Assembly (NCBI GenBank): GCA_963837465.1
Contig: CAWINB010000004.1
Location: forward strand, 266,853-330,852
Direction: 5' to 3'
Source of the DNA: Candidatus Doudnabacteria bacterium
GTDB lineage: Bacteria; Patescibacteriota; Doudnabacteria; UBA920
Length of the DNA stretch: 64,000 nucleotides
The translations under genes were made by a program, and so were the position numbers. Below are positions 18,720 through 28,859 of this stretch, in pieces. The number at the start of each line of letters is the position of its first letter. Position 1 is the first letter of the stretch. The notes under the pieces are model-generated. The model was not told the DNA's origin, did not search any database, and saw nothing but the letters and a program-made list of their open reading frames with translations.

Positions 18720-19511
18720 ATGAATAAGCAATTGGTCTGTAAAAACCTTTTAGTAAGCTATTCGGAAGAAGCCCGAAAAGATTTTTTCACTACTATATTA
18801 TTTTTGCACGGCTGGCGTTCTAGCAAGGATGTTTGGCGCGGGGTCGTGTTAAGGATTAAGGATTCCTCCTTCACTAAAGTTTTGGCGGACAAGAAAGGAT
18901 TAAGGATTTACGCTTTGGATTTCCCTGGCTTTGGCGGTTCCCAAATGCCGCCGCGGGCCATGACGGTGGGGGATTACGCGAATATGGTCGCGGAGTTTAT
19001 CAAAAAATTGGATTTAAAAAACGTAATAATAGTGGGGCATTCGTTTGGGGGAAGGGTGGGGATTAAATTGGCCGCAGTTCATCCGGAATTAACCGGTAAA
19101 TTGGTTTTAGTTGACAGCGCCGGGTTTGCCATGGAAGGAACCAAAAAAAGTTTGATGGGAGCCGCTGCCAAAATCGTCAAACCCTTTTTTAAGGCCAAAT
19201 TCATGCAGCCGTTCAGAAGAAAAATTTATAAGCAAATCGGCGCCGAAGATTACCTGGCCACTCCGGAACTGCAAAAAACTTTTGTGAATGTTGTTGGCGA
19301 GGATTTAACCGAAGATATGAAAAAGATAAAATGTCTCACGCTAATCATCAACGGCGAAAATGATCAAGACACGACGGTTGAATTTGGCAAAAGGATGCAG
19401 TCCTTAATTCCAAAGTCCAGATTCCAAATCATTCCAAACGCCGGGCACTTTAGTTTTATAGATCAGCCCGAGGAATTTATCAGTTTAATTTCAAATTTTA
19501 TTAAACAATGA
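18720..19511 (+). CDS. Alpha/beta-fold hydrolase
   Basis: Nucleophile elbow GHSFGG and C-terminal GHF motif. Confidence 0.8.
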   Translation: MNKQLVCKNLLVSYSEEARKDFFTTILFLHGWRSSKDVWRGVVLRIKDSSFTKVLADKKGLRIYALDFPGFGGSQMPPRAMTVGDYANMVAEFIKKLDLKNVIIVGHSFGGRVGIKLAAVHPELTGKLVLVDSAGFAMEGTKKSLMGAAAKIVKPFFKAKFMQPFRRKIYKQIGAEDYLATPELQKTFVNVVGEDLTEDMKKIKCLTLIINGENDQDTTVEFGKRMQSLIPKSRFQIIPNAGHFSFIDQPEEFISLISNFIKQ

Positions 19512-19554
19512 TAAACGAATGCTAATTCTCACGAATTAGCATTCGCAATGACAT

Positions 19555-21000
19555 ATGACCTTTGATCCTTACAGGCTAATAAAATATCATCTCTATTTGC
19601 TCCAAATGGAGAATTACGAACTGGGACGGTTTTGGCAGCTGCTTTTTGGGCGTGGCTGGTTCCCAAAAAAAGAGCGGAGAAAAAACTTAGTTTGGACAGG
19701 CAAAGCGGTACTGCTTTTTATTTTGGCTGAGATTTTTATTTTGGCCGCGGCTCTTGTGTTGCTGCTCAAAGGGTTTTATACGCCCTATGCTTTGTGGTGG
19801 CAAAAAGCCTTTACGTTTTTGGTTGTAGTTTACATTTTGGATTTTTTCACCCCTGTTTTTTTAACCGCTGCGGTTTTAATTTTATGGCCGTTTGATTTTA
19901 CGGCCAAGCAGATAATTGTCGGACGGGCCAAATCAAAAATCAAAAATCAAAAATCAAAAATCAAAATTATCGGTATCGCGGGAAGCTACGGCAAGACTAC
20001 GATGAAGGAAGTGTTGAAAGAGGTTTTGGGTTCAAAGTTCAAGGTTTTAGCCGCTCCTGATAGTATCAATACACCTGTGGGCATTGCGCGGTGGATTTCA
20101 GATAAAGTTGAGGCTTCCGCGGAAATATTAATAGTGGAAATGGGGGAGCATTACAGGGGTGATATCAGGGAGATTTGCGGTATTGCAAAACCGGATATCG
20201 CGGTTGTGACCGGAATTAACCAATCGCATTTGGAGCGTTTTAAGACGATGGAAAATTTAACGGCTACAATTTTTGAAATAGTTTCCTGCGCCGGCCCGGG
20301 CGCCAAAATCCTGGTCAACGGCGATGATAAAAACGTAACGGCGGGTTATAAAAAGTTTGCTTCGCCGGACCGCGAAGTTACGGAGTATCAAGCGTCAAAT
20401 ATCAAACATCCGGCATTCAATGCGGAAAAGTTGGCCTGGGATTTTGAGCTGGACGGAGTTGGCAGAACATCGGTGGATTTATTGGGCGGATACGCGCTGG
20501 GCAACATTGACGCGGCGGCAAAAATCTCGCGGGAACTTGGAATGACGGGCGAGCAAATAAAAGCAGGCATCGCAAAAATTAAGCCCGTTGAACATCGTCT
20601 CCAGCCGCTTAAGGGAGCGGGCGATGTCTTAATAATAGACGACGCTTATAACGGTAATCCCGACGGCGCGGCCGAAGCCATAAAAGTTTTGTCGCGTTTT
20701 TCAGGCAGGCGAAAAGTTTATATTACGCCGGGGCTGGTGGAAATGGGTTCCGAATCGGCGGATATCCATAGGGCCATAGGGAGGCAGCTGGCGGAAGTTG
20801 CGGATGTTGTGGTATTAATTAAGAACAGTGTGACACCGTGGATAGAAGAGGGTGTTAAGGCGGGTAACAGGAAGCCGGAAGCCGGAAGCCGTATTCTGTG
20901 GTTTGCTACCGCGCAAGAGGCGCATTCATCTTTGAGAAATATTTTAAAGCCCGGGGATGTGGTGGTGTTTCAGAATGACTGGGGAGACAACTATTTATAA
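19555..21000 (+). CDS. murF: MurF-like Mur ligase (UDP-MurNAc-tripeptide--D-Ala-D-Ala ligase family) with an unusual N-terminal 3-TM extension
   Basis: P-loop GIAGSYGKTT and the DSINTPVGIA (GNxNNxIGxP-like) motif. A Mur ligase C-terminal domain follows. The first roughly 130 aa are hydrophobic helices, not the usual MurF N-domain. Confidence 0.65.
   Translation: MTFDPYRLIKYHLYLLQMENYELGRFWQLLFGRGWFPKKERRKNLVWTGKAVLLFILAEIFILAAALVLLLKGFYTPYALWWQKAFTFLVVVYILDFFTPVFLTAAVLILWPFDFTAKQIIVGRAKSKIKNQKSKIKIIGIAGSYGKTTMKEVLKEVLGSKFKVLAAPDSINTPVGIARWISDKVEASAEILIVEMGEHYRGDIREICGIAKPDIAVVTGINQSHLERFKTMENLTATIFEIVSCAGPGAKILVNGDDKNVTAGYKKFASPDREVTEYQASNIKHPAFNAEKLAWDFELDGVGRTSVDLLGGYALGNIDAAAKISRELGMTGEQIKAGIAKIKPVEHRLQPLKGAGDVLIIDDAYNGNPDGAAEAIKVLSRFSGRRKVYITPGLVEMGSESADIHRAIGRQLAEVADVVVLIKNSVTPWIEEGVKAGNRKPEAGSRILWFATAQEAHSSLRNILKPGDVVVFQNDWGDNYL
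19931..19966. repeat. Heptanucleotide tandem repeat (tcaaaaa x5) inside the murF-like coding region
   Basis: Period-7 repeat seen directly. It encodes KSKIKNQKSKIKI at the junction of the membrane domain and the ligase domain. Confidence 0.85.
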
Positions 21001-21033
21001 TGAGCAAAAACGATAAAAATAACCTCCGGCCCA

Positions 21034-22174
21034 ATGCTTAAAAAGATTCTGCAAAAAATATCGGAGCCGCGTATTGAGTATCAGCCGCTTATTGAGGTTA
21101 GGGTTTTTAAGGATGCCTTGCTCCATAACCTCAGCCAGTACCAAAAAAAATACTCCCGGCTCAAGTTCGCGCCGGTGCTTAAAAGCAACGCTTACGGCCA
21201 CGGTTTAATCCCGGCGGCAAAAATATTGGACGTCCAGGCGCTGCCTTTTTTTATGGTGGATTCGTTTTATGAAGCTTTATTGATAAGGCGCGAGGGCGTA
21301 AAAACCAAAATTTTAATATTGGGTTACAGCCGGCAGGAGCAAATTTTAAACAACAAACTCAAAAATTGCAGTTTCGGCATTATAGATTTTGAACAATTAA
21401 AAAGCATCATCGCCAAATTAAAGCGTCCGCAGAGCTTTCATTTAAAAATAGATACCGGCATGCACAGGCAGGGGATACTGATTGATCAAGTTAAGGAAGC
21501 CATAGAGCTAATCAAGAACAACCCCAATTTTATTTTAGAAGGTGTTTGCAGCCATTTGGCGGACGCGGACGGCGAAACAAAAGATTTTACAAAAGGACAA
21601 ATAGCCAAATGGAACGGGCTGGTAAAAATTTTTAGACAGGAATTTGGCCAAATAAAATACTTCCACGCTTCCAACACCGCGGGCGCGGCTTACGCCGCGG
21701 AAATTGACGCTAATGTCAGCCGCCTGGGCCTGGGCCTTTACGGCATCAATACTTCGGAGTTTGAAAAACTGGATTTGAAACCCGCTTTGGAAATGGTTTC
21801 CATTATAAGCTCCTTAAAAACCATTTCGGCCGGGGAAAAAGTCGGTTACGGCATTACGTTTGAGTCATCGCGTCCGATGATTGTTGCCACCGTGCCGGTG
21901 GGGTATAATGAAGGCGTGGACAGGCGCTTGTCCAATAAGGGTTGTTTTAAAGTCGGCAATGTATTTTGTCCGCTTGCAGGGCGGGTGAGTATGAATATGA
22001 GCAGCATAGATGTGTCTGAACGCGCCGGCAACCAGGCTGGAAGATGAAGTTGTAATAATTAGTAAAAATCCGAAAGATAAAAATTCAGCGGAAAACTTGG
22101 CAAAAATGTGTGAGCGCGTTCCGTACGAAATTTTGGTGCATATTCCCCAGTCTCTAAGAAGGATTGTGGTGTAA
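21034..22174 (+). CDS. alr: Alanine racemase, interrupted by an apparent frameshift near 22030-22040
   Basis: PLP lysine motif VLKSNAYGHG. Frame 1 stops at 22047 after ..DVSERAGNQAGR. The canonical C-terminus LEDEVVIISKNP...YEILVHIPQSLRRIVV continues in frame 2 to 22174. Confidence 0.75.
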
Positions 22175-22232
22175 TAGCAATCCGCGGAGTTGCAGTCCCT
22201 CTCATGAACATTTACGGCCCAATATCAATCAT

Positions 22233-23423
22233 ATGAATAAAAACATCGGCGTATTTTTTGGTTCCGGTTCAACCGAGCATGATATTTCCATAATCACCGC
22301 GCAGTTGGTAATCGCGGGTCTTAAAGGTTTGGGTTACCAGGTTACACCGGTCTACATTACCAAAGCGGGCAAGTGGATGATAGGGGAAGATTTGGGTAAC
22401 TTAAAATTGTTTACCGATCCCCAAAAAAAAGTTGAAGACGAGAAAAAATATTTTGAATATTATTTGGATTTGGAAACATCGGTCGGCAAACTGGTTTTTA
22501 GGCGTAAAGGGTTTACCGGAAAATTTATTACTGTTGATTTGGCTTTCCCGGCCTTGCACGGAACTTTTGGCGAAGACGGCACAATCCAAGGCGTGTTTGA
22601 AATGCTCGGTGTCCCTTACGTGGGCTGCGGCGTGGCGGCTTCGGCTGTGGCTATGGATAAGGCGCTGACTAAAATTGTCATGCAACAAAAAAATATTCCT
22701 ACGACTAAGTTCCTGGATTTTACCAAAGCCGAATGGGATAGCGATAAATCCGAAATCATAAATCACATAAATCAAAACTTAACCTGGCCGTTATTTGTTA
22801 AGCCGGCGCACCTTGGGTCTTCCATAGGCATTGCCAAAGTAAAAGATGTTAAAGATTTGGAAAATAAAATAGAGGTCGCCCTGCATTATGACGAAAAAGT
22901 TTTGGTGGAGGAGTCCGTGGAAAATTTAATGGACGTAACCTGCTGCTTAATCGGCAACAGCAGTCCGCGCCCTTCACTTTTACAGGAATCAATTTTTAAG
23001 GAAGATTTATTTAATTTTGACGACAAGTATATACTCGGCGGCGGCGCGCAAATTGGCAAAGGCCAGAACAGTCTGGTTATTCCGGCCAGGTTAGACGCAA
23101 GCCAGACGTTGGCCATCCAGCAAACTGCCATAAAAGTTTATAAAGTTTTGGGCTGCAGCGGCATTGCGCGCGTGGATTTTTTATACAACAAACAGACCAA
23201 GGAATTTTTTGCCAACGAGGTTAATCCCATGCCCGGAACACTGTACCATCATTTATGGAAAGCCAGCGGTTTGGAATTGGATCATCTGTTGGCCGAGTTG
23301 ATAAAACTAGCTGAAGAAAAATACGAGCAAAAGCGCCAAATAAGTTTTAGTTTTGAATCCAGCGTGCTTACGCAACTGGGCGGAGTTAAGGGCGGCGCGA
23401 AAATTAAACCGCAGGCAATTTAG
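22233..23423 (+). CDS. ddl: D-alanine--D-alanine ligase
   Basis: N-terminal GVFFGSGSTEHDISI and ATP-grasp motifs. The start is chosen at MNKNIG. Confidence 0.85.
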   Translation: MNKNIGVFFGSGSTEHDISIITAQLVIAGLKGLGYQVTPVYITKAGKWMIGEDLGNLKLFTDPQKKVEDEKKYFEYYLDLETSVGKLVFRRKGFTGKFITVDLAFPALHGTFGEDGTIQGVFEMLGVPYVGCGVAASAVAMDKALTKIVMQQKNIPTTKFLDFTKAEWDSDKSEIINHINQNLTWPLFVKPAHLGSSIGIAKVKDVKDLENKIEVALHYDEKVLVEESVENLMDVTCCLIGNSSPRPSLLQESIFKEDLFNFDDKYILGGGAQIGKGQNSLVIPARLDASQTLAIQQTAIKVYKVLGCSGIARVDFLYNKQTKEFFANEVNPMPGTLYHHLWKASGLELDHLLAELIKLAEEKYEQKRQISFSFESSVLTQLGGVKGGAKIKPQAI

Positions 23424-23512
23424 ACTGTTTCATCCAAAAGCGGTCATAAGATGGTGAAACCTAGGTTAGGCAACGCCTGTTTTACATTGAACTTGCGGAA
23501 AATGGATTATTT

Positions 23513-24259
23513 ATGATTGCCATGAACCTGAGATATGAAAAACAAAAACTTAAGCAAGGTTATAATTATGTAATCGGCTGTGACGAAGTCGGGCGCGGTT
23601 GTTTGGCCGGGCCTGTTGTGGCTGCGGCAGTGATTTTTAATCACTCAAGTGGACCAAAATGGCTTTCCCAAATTAATGACAGCAAAAAACTTTCGCCGGA
23701 AAAGCGTGAGTATCTTTGCGAAAAAATTAAATTACACGCCTTGTGGAGCATAGGCGAGGTTTCATCCGAAGTTGTAGATGAAATAAATATCCATAATGCC
23801 AGTTTGCTGGCTATAAAAAAGGCGATTGAGGGACTGATGAGTGTGCCCATCCCGGAATTTTTCAGGGCCTTATCTGAAAAATATCCGGGATCCAGTTCGT
23901 TGCTTAGTTCTGGATCCCTGCTCCATCCTTCACATAAAGCTTCGGCGGACACGGTCGGGGGCCGGGGTGGGACACGCGAATTATTCCTGTCCGTTGACGG
24001 AAAATTCAAAGTCCCGGGCTTGGACATGGACCAGGAAGCAATTATAGAAGGCGACGGTAAAATTTTATCCATAGCCGCGGCTTCTATTGTAGCAAAAGTT
24101 TATCGAGATGATTTGATGAAAAATTTTGACAACCAATACTCCGGTTATGAATTTGCCAGGCATAAAGGCTACGCCACCGAATATCATCGTTCTATGGTTC
24201 TAAAGCACGGACTGTCTCCAATTCATCGCGTAACTTTTTGCCAAAATCTTTTGGTATAA
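23513..24259 (+). CDS. rnhB: Ribonuclease HII carrying an in-frame insertion of about 40 aa
   Basis: GCDEVGRGCLAGPVVAAAV active-site region. An insertion between PEFF and LSVDGKF is encoded by a palindrome-containing segment at 23864-23987. Confidence 0.8.
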   Translation: MIAMNLRYEKQKLKQGYNYVIGCDEVGRGCLAGPVVAAAVIFNHSSGPKWLSQINDSKKLSPEKREYLCEKIKLHALWSIGEVSSEVVDEINIHNASLLAIKKAIEGLMSVPIPEFFRALSEKYPGSSSLLSSGSLLHPSHKASADTVGGRGGTRELFLSVDGKFKVPGLDMDQEAIIEGDGKILSIAAASIVAKVYRDDLMKNFDNQYSGYEFARHKGYATEYHRSMVLKHGLSPIHRVTFCQNLLV

Positions 24260-24369
24260 TAAAGTGCGGCCGCATTTTATTATACCAACATCAAACAGCG
24301 CAAGCACGCCGCTGACAAACAGCGGTTTTTGATTTATACTATGAGGAGCCACGTTGCTCAAACCCACAC

Positions 24370-24459
24370 GGAGAGGTGCGAGAGTGGTTGAATCGGACGG
24401 TCTCGAAAACCGTTAGCTCCGCAAGGGGCTCGAGGGTTCGAATCCCTCCCTCTCCGCCA
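24370..24459 (+). tRNA. tRNA-Ser (anticodon CGA), long variable arm, CCA encoded
   Basis: Acceptor GGAGAGG/CCUCUCC, anticodon loop CUCGAAA, extended variable stem. Confidence 0.8.
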
Positions 24460-24541
24460 TCGCTTCGCTGAAGCGAAGCTAAGGCTGACAAAGTCCGCCC
24501 TTAGATTAGCGAAAGCGAGCATTCATAACAAAGATAAAAAT

Positions 24542-24685
24542 ATGTTTTACGTTTACAGTTTAAAATGCAGAGAAGGGTGCTATATTGGTTGTACTGATGA
24601 CTTGAAAGACAATTGGGCTGATAAAAAATTTGTTGAAGATTGGGATAATGTTACTTCTAAAGGGAACCCGACCAGACCTGAATAG
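24542..24685 (+). pseudogene. Truncated GIY-YIG (YhbQ-like) gene fragment next to tRNA-Ser
   Basis: 48-codon ORF MFYVYSLKCREGCYIGCTDDLKDNW... keeps only the first GIY-YIG half-motif. Confidence 0.4.
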
Positions 24686-24719
24686 CTGGATATTTTAACC
24701 TCGGTCATCGCGGCCAGTT

Positions 24720-24914
24720 ATGAATCCGGAAGCTCGAATAGGTTGCGGCTCCGGGCAGGCAGAGGAAATTATTTTTAGGAAGTGTCCTCAGGCAAAAATA
24801 ATTGGCGTCGATTCTTCGGGGCCGATGCTGGAAATTGCCCAAAAAAGATTGGCTGATAATCAAAACTTTCAAGCCGTAAACAAAGACGTCTCGAAATTAA
24901 AATTTAATCTATGA
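24720..24914 (+). pseudogene. Fragment of a SAM-dependent methyltransferase gene
   Basis: GCGSGQAEEII...IIGVDSSGPMLEIAQKRL is motif I/II of a class I methyltransferase. The ORF is only 64 aa. Confidence 0.4.
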
Positions 24915-25426
24915 GCCTATATTTTTTACTCTTCGGTGATTTTTTGCTGCAGGAACCAATTTCGGCCGGGGCTCTTTTGTTGGAAGGCTATCAGCACCAT
25001 TATAATGTTTGGATAATCCATTTACTTTTTGTTATTGCCACGGTGCTTGATACCGCCTGCTTTTACTACTTGGGTGTATTTTTCCATAAAAAATTTTCTC
25101 ACGGCAAATTGGTTTTATACACTAAAAATAAAGCTGAAGCGTTTTTAAAATTTGCCGGCAAAAACGGCCAAAGAATCGCCCTGTTTGTTTACGGACCCAT
25201 TATATTCCCGATATCGGCTTTTATTGCCCCGTGGCTTGAAATATCTTTTTGGGACGCCTTGGTGTTCTTGTTTCTGGGTGATTTGGTTTTCTGGTACGGA
25301 AGCGAATGGCTGGTGGTTTTTGGAGTAAAAAGTTTTATACCCGATCCCCAGTGGGCGCTGTATTCGGTGCTGATAATTTTTACATTACTGGCTTTTGGGA
25401 CAAAATATTTTAGAAAAAGGCCCTAA
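24911..25426 (+). CDS. Hypothetical polytopic membrane protein
   Basis: Four or five predicted transmembrane helices. No motif recognised. Confidence 0.45.
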   Translation: MSLYFLLFGDFLLQEPISAGALLLEGYQHHYNVWIIHLLFVIATVLDTACFYYLGVFFHKKFSHGKLVLYTKNKAEAFLKFAGKNGQRIALFVYGPIIFPISAFIAPWLEISFWDALVFLFLGDLVFWYGSEWLVVFGVKSFIPDPQWALYSVLIIFTLLAFGTKYFRKRP

Positions 25427-25469
25427 AAAAGACTTTGCTAAGTAGTTGCTATTTAATAAACCCAAGTTG

Positions 25470-25502
25470 AAACCGGCGACATTTTACAGTCGCCGGTTTT
25501 TG
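25470..25502 (+). terminator. Rho-independent terminator
   Basis: Stem aaaccggcgac/gtcgccggttt with an 8-nt loop, followed by a T-run. Confidence 0.6.
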
Positions 25503-25803
25503 CGCACAAAAAGAGTCCCGTCTCCGCGTGTCGCAAGCCTCCTCTCCCAGCGGAATAAGGGGGAAGAGGCTAATTTTATGCAAAAAACTTTCCTCTTCCC
25601 GAAAGGGATCAAAATGGCTTTCTTCTTGGTCACGACGGCCACGCTGCCGTCGTCCCATAAAACAAACTCAACCACCTTTTTAATTCTCATTGAATCCTCC
25701 TTTATAAGGCCAATAAAGCAGGATAGTTAGTAATTTAAACTTAATCAAAAAATAAACAAAACTTTACAAATTTATCACAAAATGTTATATTTATAACAAT
25801 CTT

Positions 25804-26454
25804 ATGAGAACAATAGCCGGGCTTACAGAAAATCAAATTAAGCAATCCCCATTTCTTGAGGAGGCTTTGGGTTTGGGTATTATTAACCTTACTGCTTTGG
25901 CCAGAAGGCTGAAACCGCGGATTGAGGAAAAGAATCTTAAAAAAACCAGTGTCGGGGCCGTCGCCATGGCTTTGCAGCGGCTGGGCGGTAAATTAAAAAA
26001 ACAATCCGCGGGCAAAATTAAAATTTTATTGCCAAAAGATTTAACTTTGCGATCCAACATTACCGAATACGTTTTTGGACTCTCCCCATCGTTTGGCCGC
26101 CTGCAGCAGGAATTAATCAGCGGCTTAAAAATCCAGAAAGAAGTCTATATAACGACGGCGCAGGGGATATCGGAAGCGACTATTTTTGTAAGCAGTGGCG
26201 TAGCAAATAAACTCGAGCTTTTATTTAAAAAAGAAAAATTATTGTTTAAGCTGGAAAATCTTTCCATAATTATTTTAAGATTTTCCGAAAATACTATCCG
26301 CATGCCAGGCGTGTATTATAATATCCTCAAGGCCCTGGCTTGGGAAGGCGTGCCGGTTAATGAGGTGATTTCGGTGGGTAACGAGTTGTCATTGGTTTTT
26401 GAGTACAGCCAAATCGACAGAGCTTTTGCTGTCATTCAGCAACTTATTAAATAA
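25804..26454 (+). CDS. Hypothetical protein
   Basis: 216-aa ORF with no recognisable catalytic motif. Confidence 0.45.
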   Translation: MRTIAGLTENQIKQSPFLEEALGLGIINLTALARRLKPRIEEKNLKKTSVGAVAMALQRLGGKLKKQSAGKIKILLPKDLTLRSNITEYVFGLSPSFGRLQQELISGLKIQKEVYITTAQGISEATIFVSSGVANKLELLFKKEKLLFKLENLSIIILRFSENTIRMPGVYYNILKALAWEGVPVNEVISVGNELSLVFEYSQIDRAFAVIQQLIK

Positions 26455-26459
26455 AGCTT

Positions 26460-27611
26460 ATGAATAAAAAGAACTTAATTATTTTTTATCTCTACAGTTT
26501 CTTTGGCGGGTTTTATATTGCCAACGGTACTACGGTTTTGTTTGAACGCGTTTTGGGGTTTTCATATTCCAGGGTGTTTACGCTGGGCGCGGTTTATATG
26601 TTGATGTTTGTAATTTTTAATGTACCGGCCGGCGCGTTGGCCGACATTATCGGGCGCAAAAAAACTTTAATTTCAGGAAGCTTGGTACTGGTACTGGCTT
26701 CTTTGGCAACCGGAATCAGCAGGAATTTTATCCAAGTCCTGCTGAGCTTTTTTTTGTGGTCTTTGGGCTTTTCTTTAATTACGGGCGCGGACGAAGCCAT
26801 GCTTTACGACTCGCTTAATAATGAAAACGCTTATTCCAAATCCTGGGGGCGGGCCAGTTTTTACAGCCTGCTCGGCCTGGCCTTGGCCGGCATTTTGGGC
26901 CCGCTGCTGTTTTCCAAAAATTTCCGCTTTCCTTATTTGTTTTCCGCGGTGCCTTTTTTTCTGTCCGCCCTCTGTCTGCTGTTTTTTTCCGAAAATTCTC
27001 CCAAGTCCAGCCTGACTTTAACGCATCATCTGTCCCAAACTTACCAGGGAATAAAAATTGCCTTTAGCAATAAGTACGTGCTGTGGGCCATTGGAGTTTT
27101 GGCGCTGGTATTTGGTTCAATGTATACTTTTACCAATTCCTACCAGCCGTATTTACGGCAAATTGGCTTTTCCATTAAAGCCTTCAGTGTTATTTTGCCT
27201 TTAATGTTTATCCTGCAGGCTGCGGGCGGCCCCTTAGCCGGAAAGATTTACAGCAAAAACAGCGAAAATAAAATTTTTATTGCCGGCCTTTTGGCCATAG
27301 CCTTGAGCTTTGCGATTTTAGGGTTTTTTAACAGCAAGTTTAACCTGGCAGTATTATTGGCTTACAGTTTGGTGCAGGGCGTTATCCAGCCGGTCATAAG
27401 CACTTATACCAACCGGTTTGTGGAAACCAAATTCCGGGCCACGGTGGTTTCCGCGCAAAGCATGGTGGCAACGGTTGCCGCGGCTTTGCTGTTATTTTTA
27501 TTCGGATTTTTGTCAGGGCCTTTGGGCCTGGATAATTTGTTAATGCTTTTGGGCGTCTTGGTCCTGGTTTTTGGCGCGATGCTGTTGGTATTTAAGCCGG
27601 CAACGGAATAA
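26460..27611 (+). CDS. MFS transporter
   Basis: 12 hydrophobic helices. The loop GRKKTL between TM2 and TM3 matches the MFS signature. Confidence 0.75.
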   Translation: MNKKNLIIFYLYSFFGGFYIANGTTVLFERVLGFSYSRVFTLGAVYMLMFVIFNVPAGALADIIGRKKTLISGSLVLVLASLATGISRNFIQVLLSFFLWSLGFSLITGADEAMLYDSLNNENAYSKSWGRASFYSLLGLALAGILGPLLFSKNFRFPYLFSAVPFFLSALCLLFFSENSPKSSLTLTHHLSQTYQGIKIAFSNKYVLWAIGVLALVFGSMYTFTNSYQPYLRQIGFSIKAFSVILPLMFILQAAGGPLAGKIYSKNSENKIFIAGLLAIALSFAILGFFNSKFNLAVLLAYSLVQGVIQPVISTYTNRFVETKFRATVVSAQSMVATVAAALLLFLFGFLSGPLGLDNLLMLLGVLVLVFGAMLLVFKPATE

Positions 27612-27617
27612 TTTTTT

Positions 27618-28715
27618 ATGGCAGGAAAAAAAGTTTTAATCCTTCATAGCTCAGTGGGGCTTGGGCATAAAAGCATTGCCGAGAATATCGGGTTTTATTT
27701 GCAAGCGGCCGGGTACGAGGTAAAAATCCACAATGCCCATAAAACCCAAAGCGTAAAACTGGTCGGCATCAGCGCCGGAATTTATAACTGGATGGTGGAA
27801 CGCGCGCCGTTTGTTTGGAGCTGGCTGTATAATACCGGCTGGTTCATCAGCGCCACTCTGCCGCTGCGCGATGCCGCGGCAGGCTTAAATTATAAAAACA
27901 TTCTTGAGGTTATAAATAATTTCCAGCCGGACGCGGTGGTATCCACCCATACCACAACCTCGGCCGTGCTAGATTATTTGAAAGCTAAAAAGTTATATAA
28001 CAAAAAATTTGGTATTGCCTTTAGTGACTTTCATCTGCACCGCTACTGGCTTTACCCCAGGGCGGATTTTTATCTGGCGAACACAGAAGATCAAAAACGG
28101 GAAATGGCGCAGCTTGGCATAAACCCGGCAAAAATTTTTGTCTGCGGAGTAACGCTTAAGCCAAAAGCCGCGGTGGATGTGGCGGCTATCAAAAATCAAT
28201 TGTCGATAAAAGAGGGTGAAAAAGTCGCGCTGATCTCAAGCGGATCCATGGGTACCGGCCTTGATGCCGATTTTATTGATGCCCTGGCAAGCCAAACCGG
28301 AACCAAGTTGGTGATTGTTTGCGGTAAAAATGAACGGGCGCGGCAAAACTTGGAAAAAAAATTCAGCGGCCGGGAAAACGTCGCGGTCCTGGGATATTAT
28401 TCGCCCATGGATAACCTCTATGCCATAGCGGACATTTTTATTACAAAACCCGGCGGGCTTTCGACGGCGGAAGCTTTGTTCTGGAGGCTGCCGCTTTTGG
28501 TTTATTATCATTTGCCCGGCCAGGAAGAACACAACTATAGTTACCTGCTGCAAAAAAAACTTATAATGCCCAAGAGCGGCAACATCGCGGCGCAGGCTGA
28601 GCATGAACTGCGTACGGGAGCATTCAAGCAATCGCTGGCGGCAAATCCTGAAGCCGGACGCATCTTTAATAATGGACAAGCGGTTGTTGAAGCAGTAAGT
28701 AAGCGGCTGGCTTAA
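27618..28715 (+). CDS. GT28-family glycosyltransferase (MGDG synthase / UgtP-like)
   Basis: N-terminal KVLILHSSVGLGHKS and a C-terminal GT-B nucleotide-binding region. Confidence 0.65.
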   Translation: MAGKKVLILHSSVGLGHKSIAENIGFYLQAAGYEVKIHNAHKTQSVKLVGISAGIYNWMVERAPFVWSWLYNTGWFISATLPLRDAAAGLNYKNILEVINNFQPDAVVSTHTTTSAVLDYLKAKKLYNKKFGIAFSDFHLHRYWLYPRADFYLANTEDQKREMAQLGINPAKIFVCGVTLKPKAAVDVAAIKNQLSIKEGEKVALISSGSMGTGLDADFIDALASQTGTKLVIVCGKNERARQNLEKKFSGRENVAVLGYYSPMDNLYAIADIFITKPGGLSTAEALFWRLPLLVYYHLPGQEEHNYSYLLQKKLIMPKSGNIAAQAEHELRTGAFKQSLAANPEAGRIFNNGQAVVEAVSKRLA

Positions 28716-28859
28716 ATCCGCCGCACGGTCTTTAGCCCCTTTTTGGCCAATATATTAAGTTTCATAACCTTAATCCATGCCTTAAAACAGGTTTGACGTA
28801 ATTTTTTTAATGGTTTAATATACCAATATATTGGACTTTAACCCAGCCACCAAAGGCTA

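Noticed and set aside
25446-25730. Small overlapping ORFs on both strands downstream of the 24911-25426 gene.
   Set aside because: The region contains the terminator hairpin and an AT-rich spacer. The ORFs overlap each other and have no motif support.
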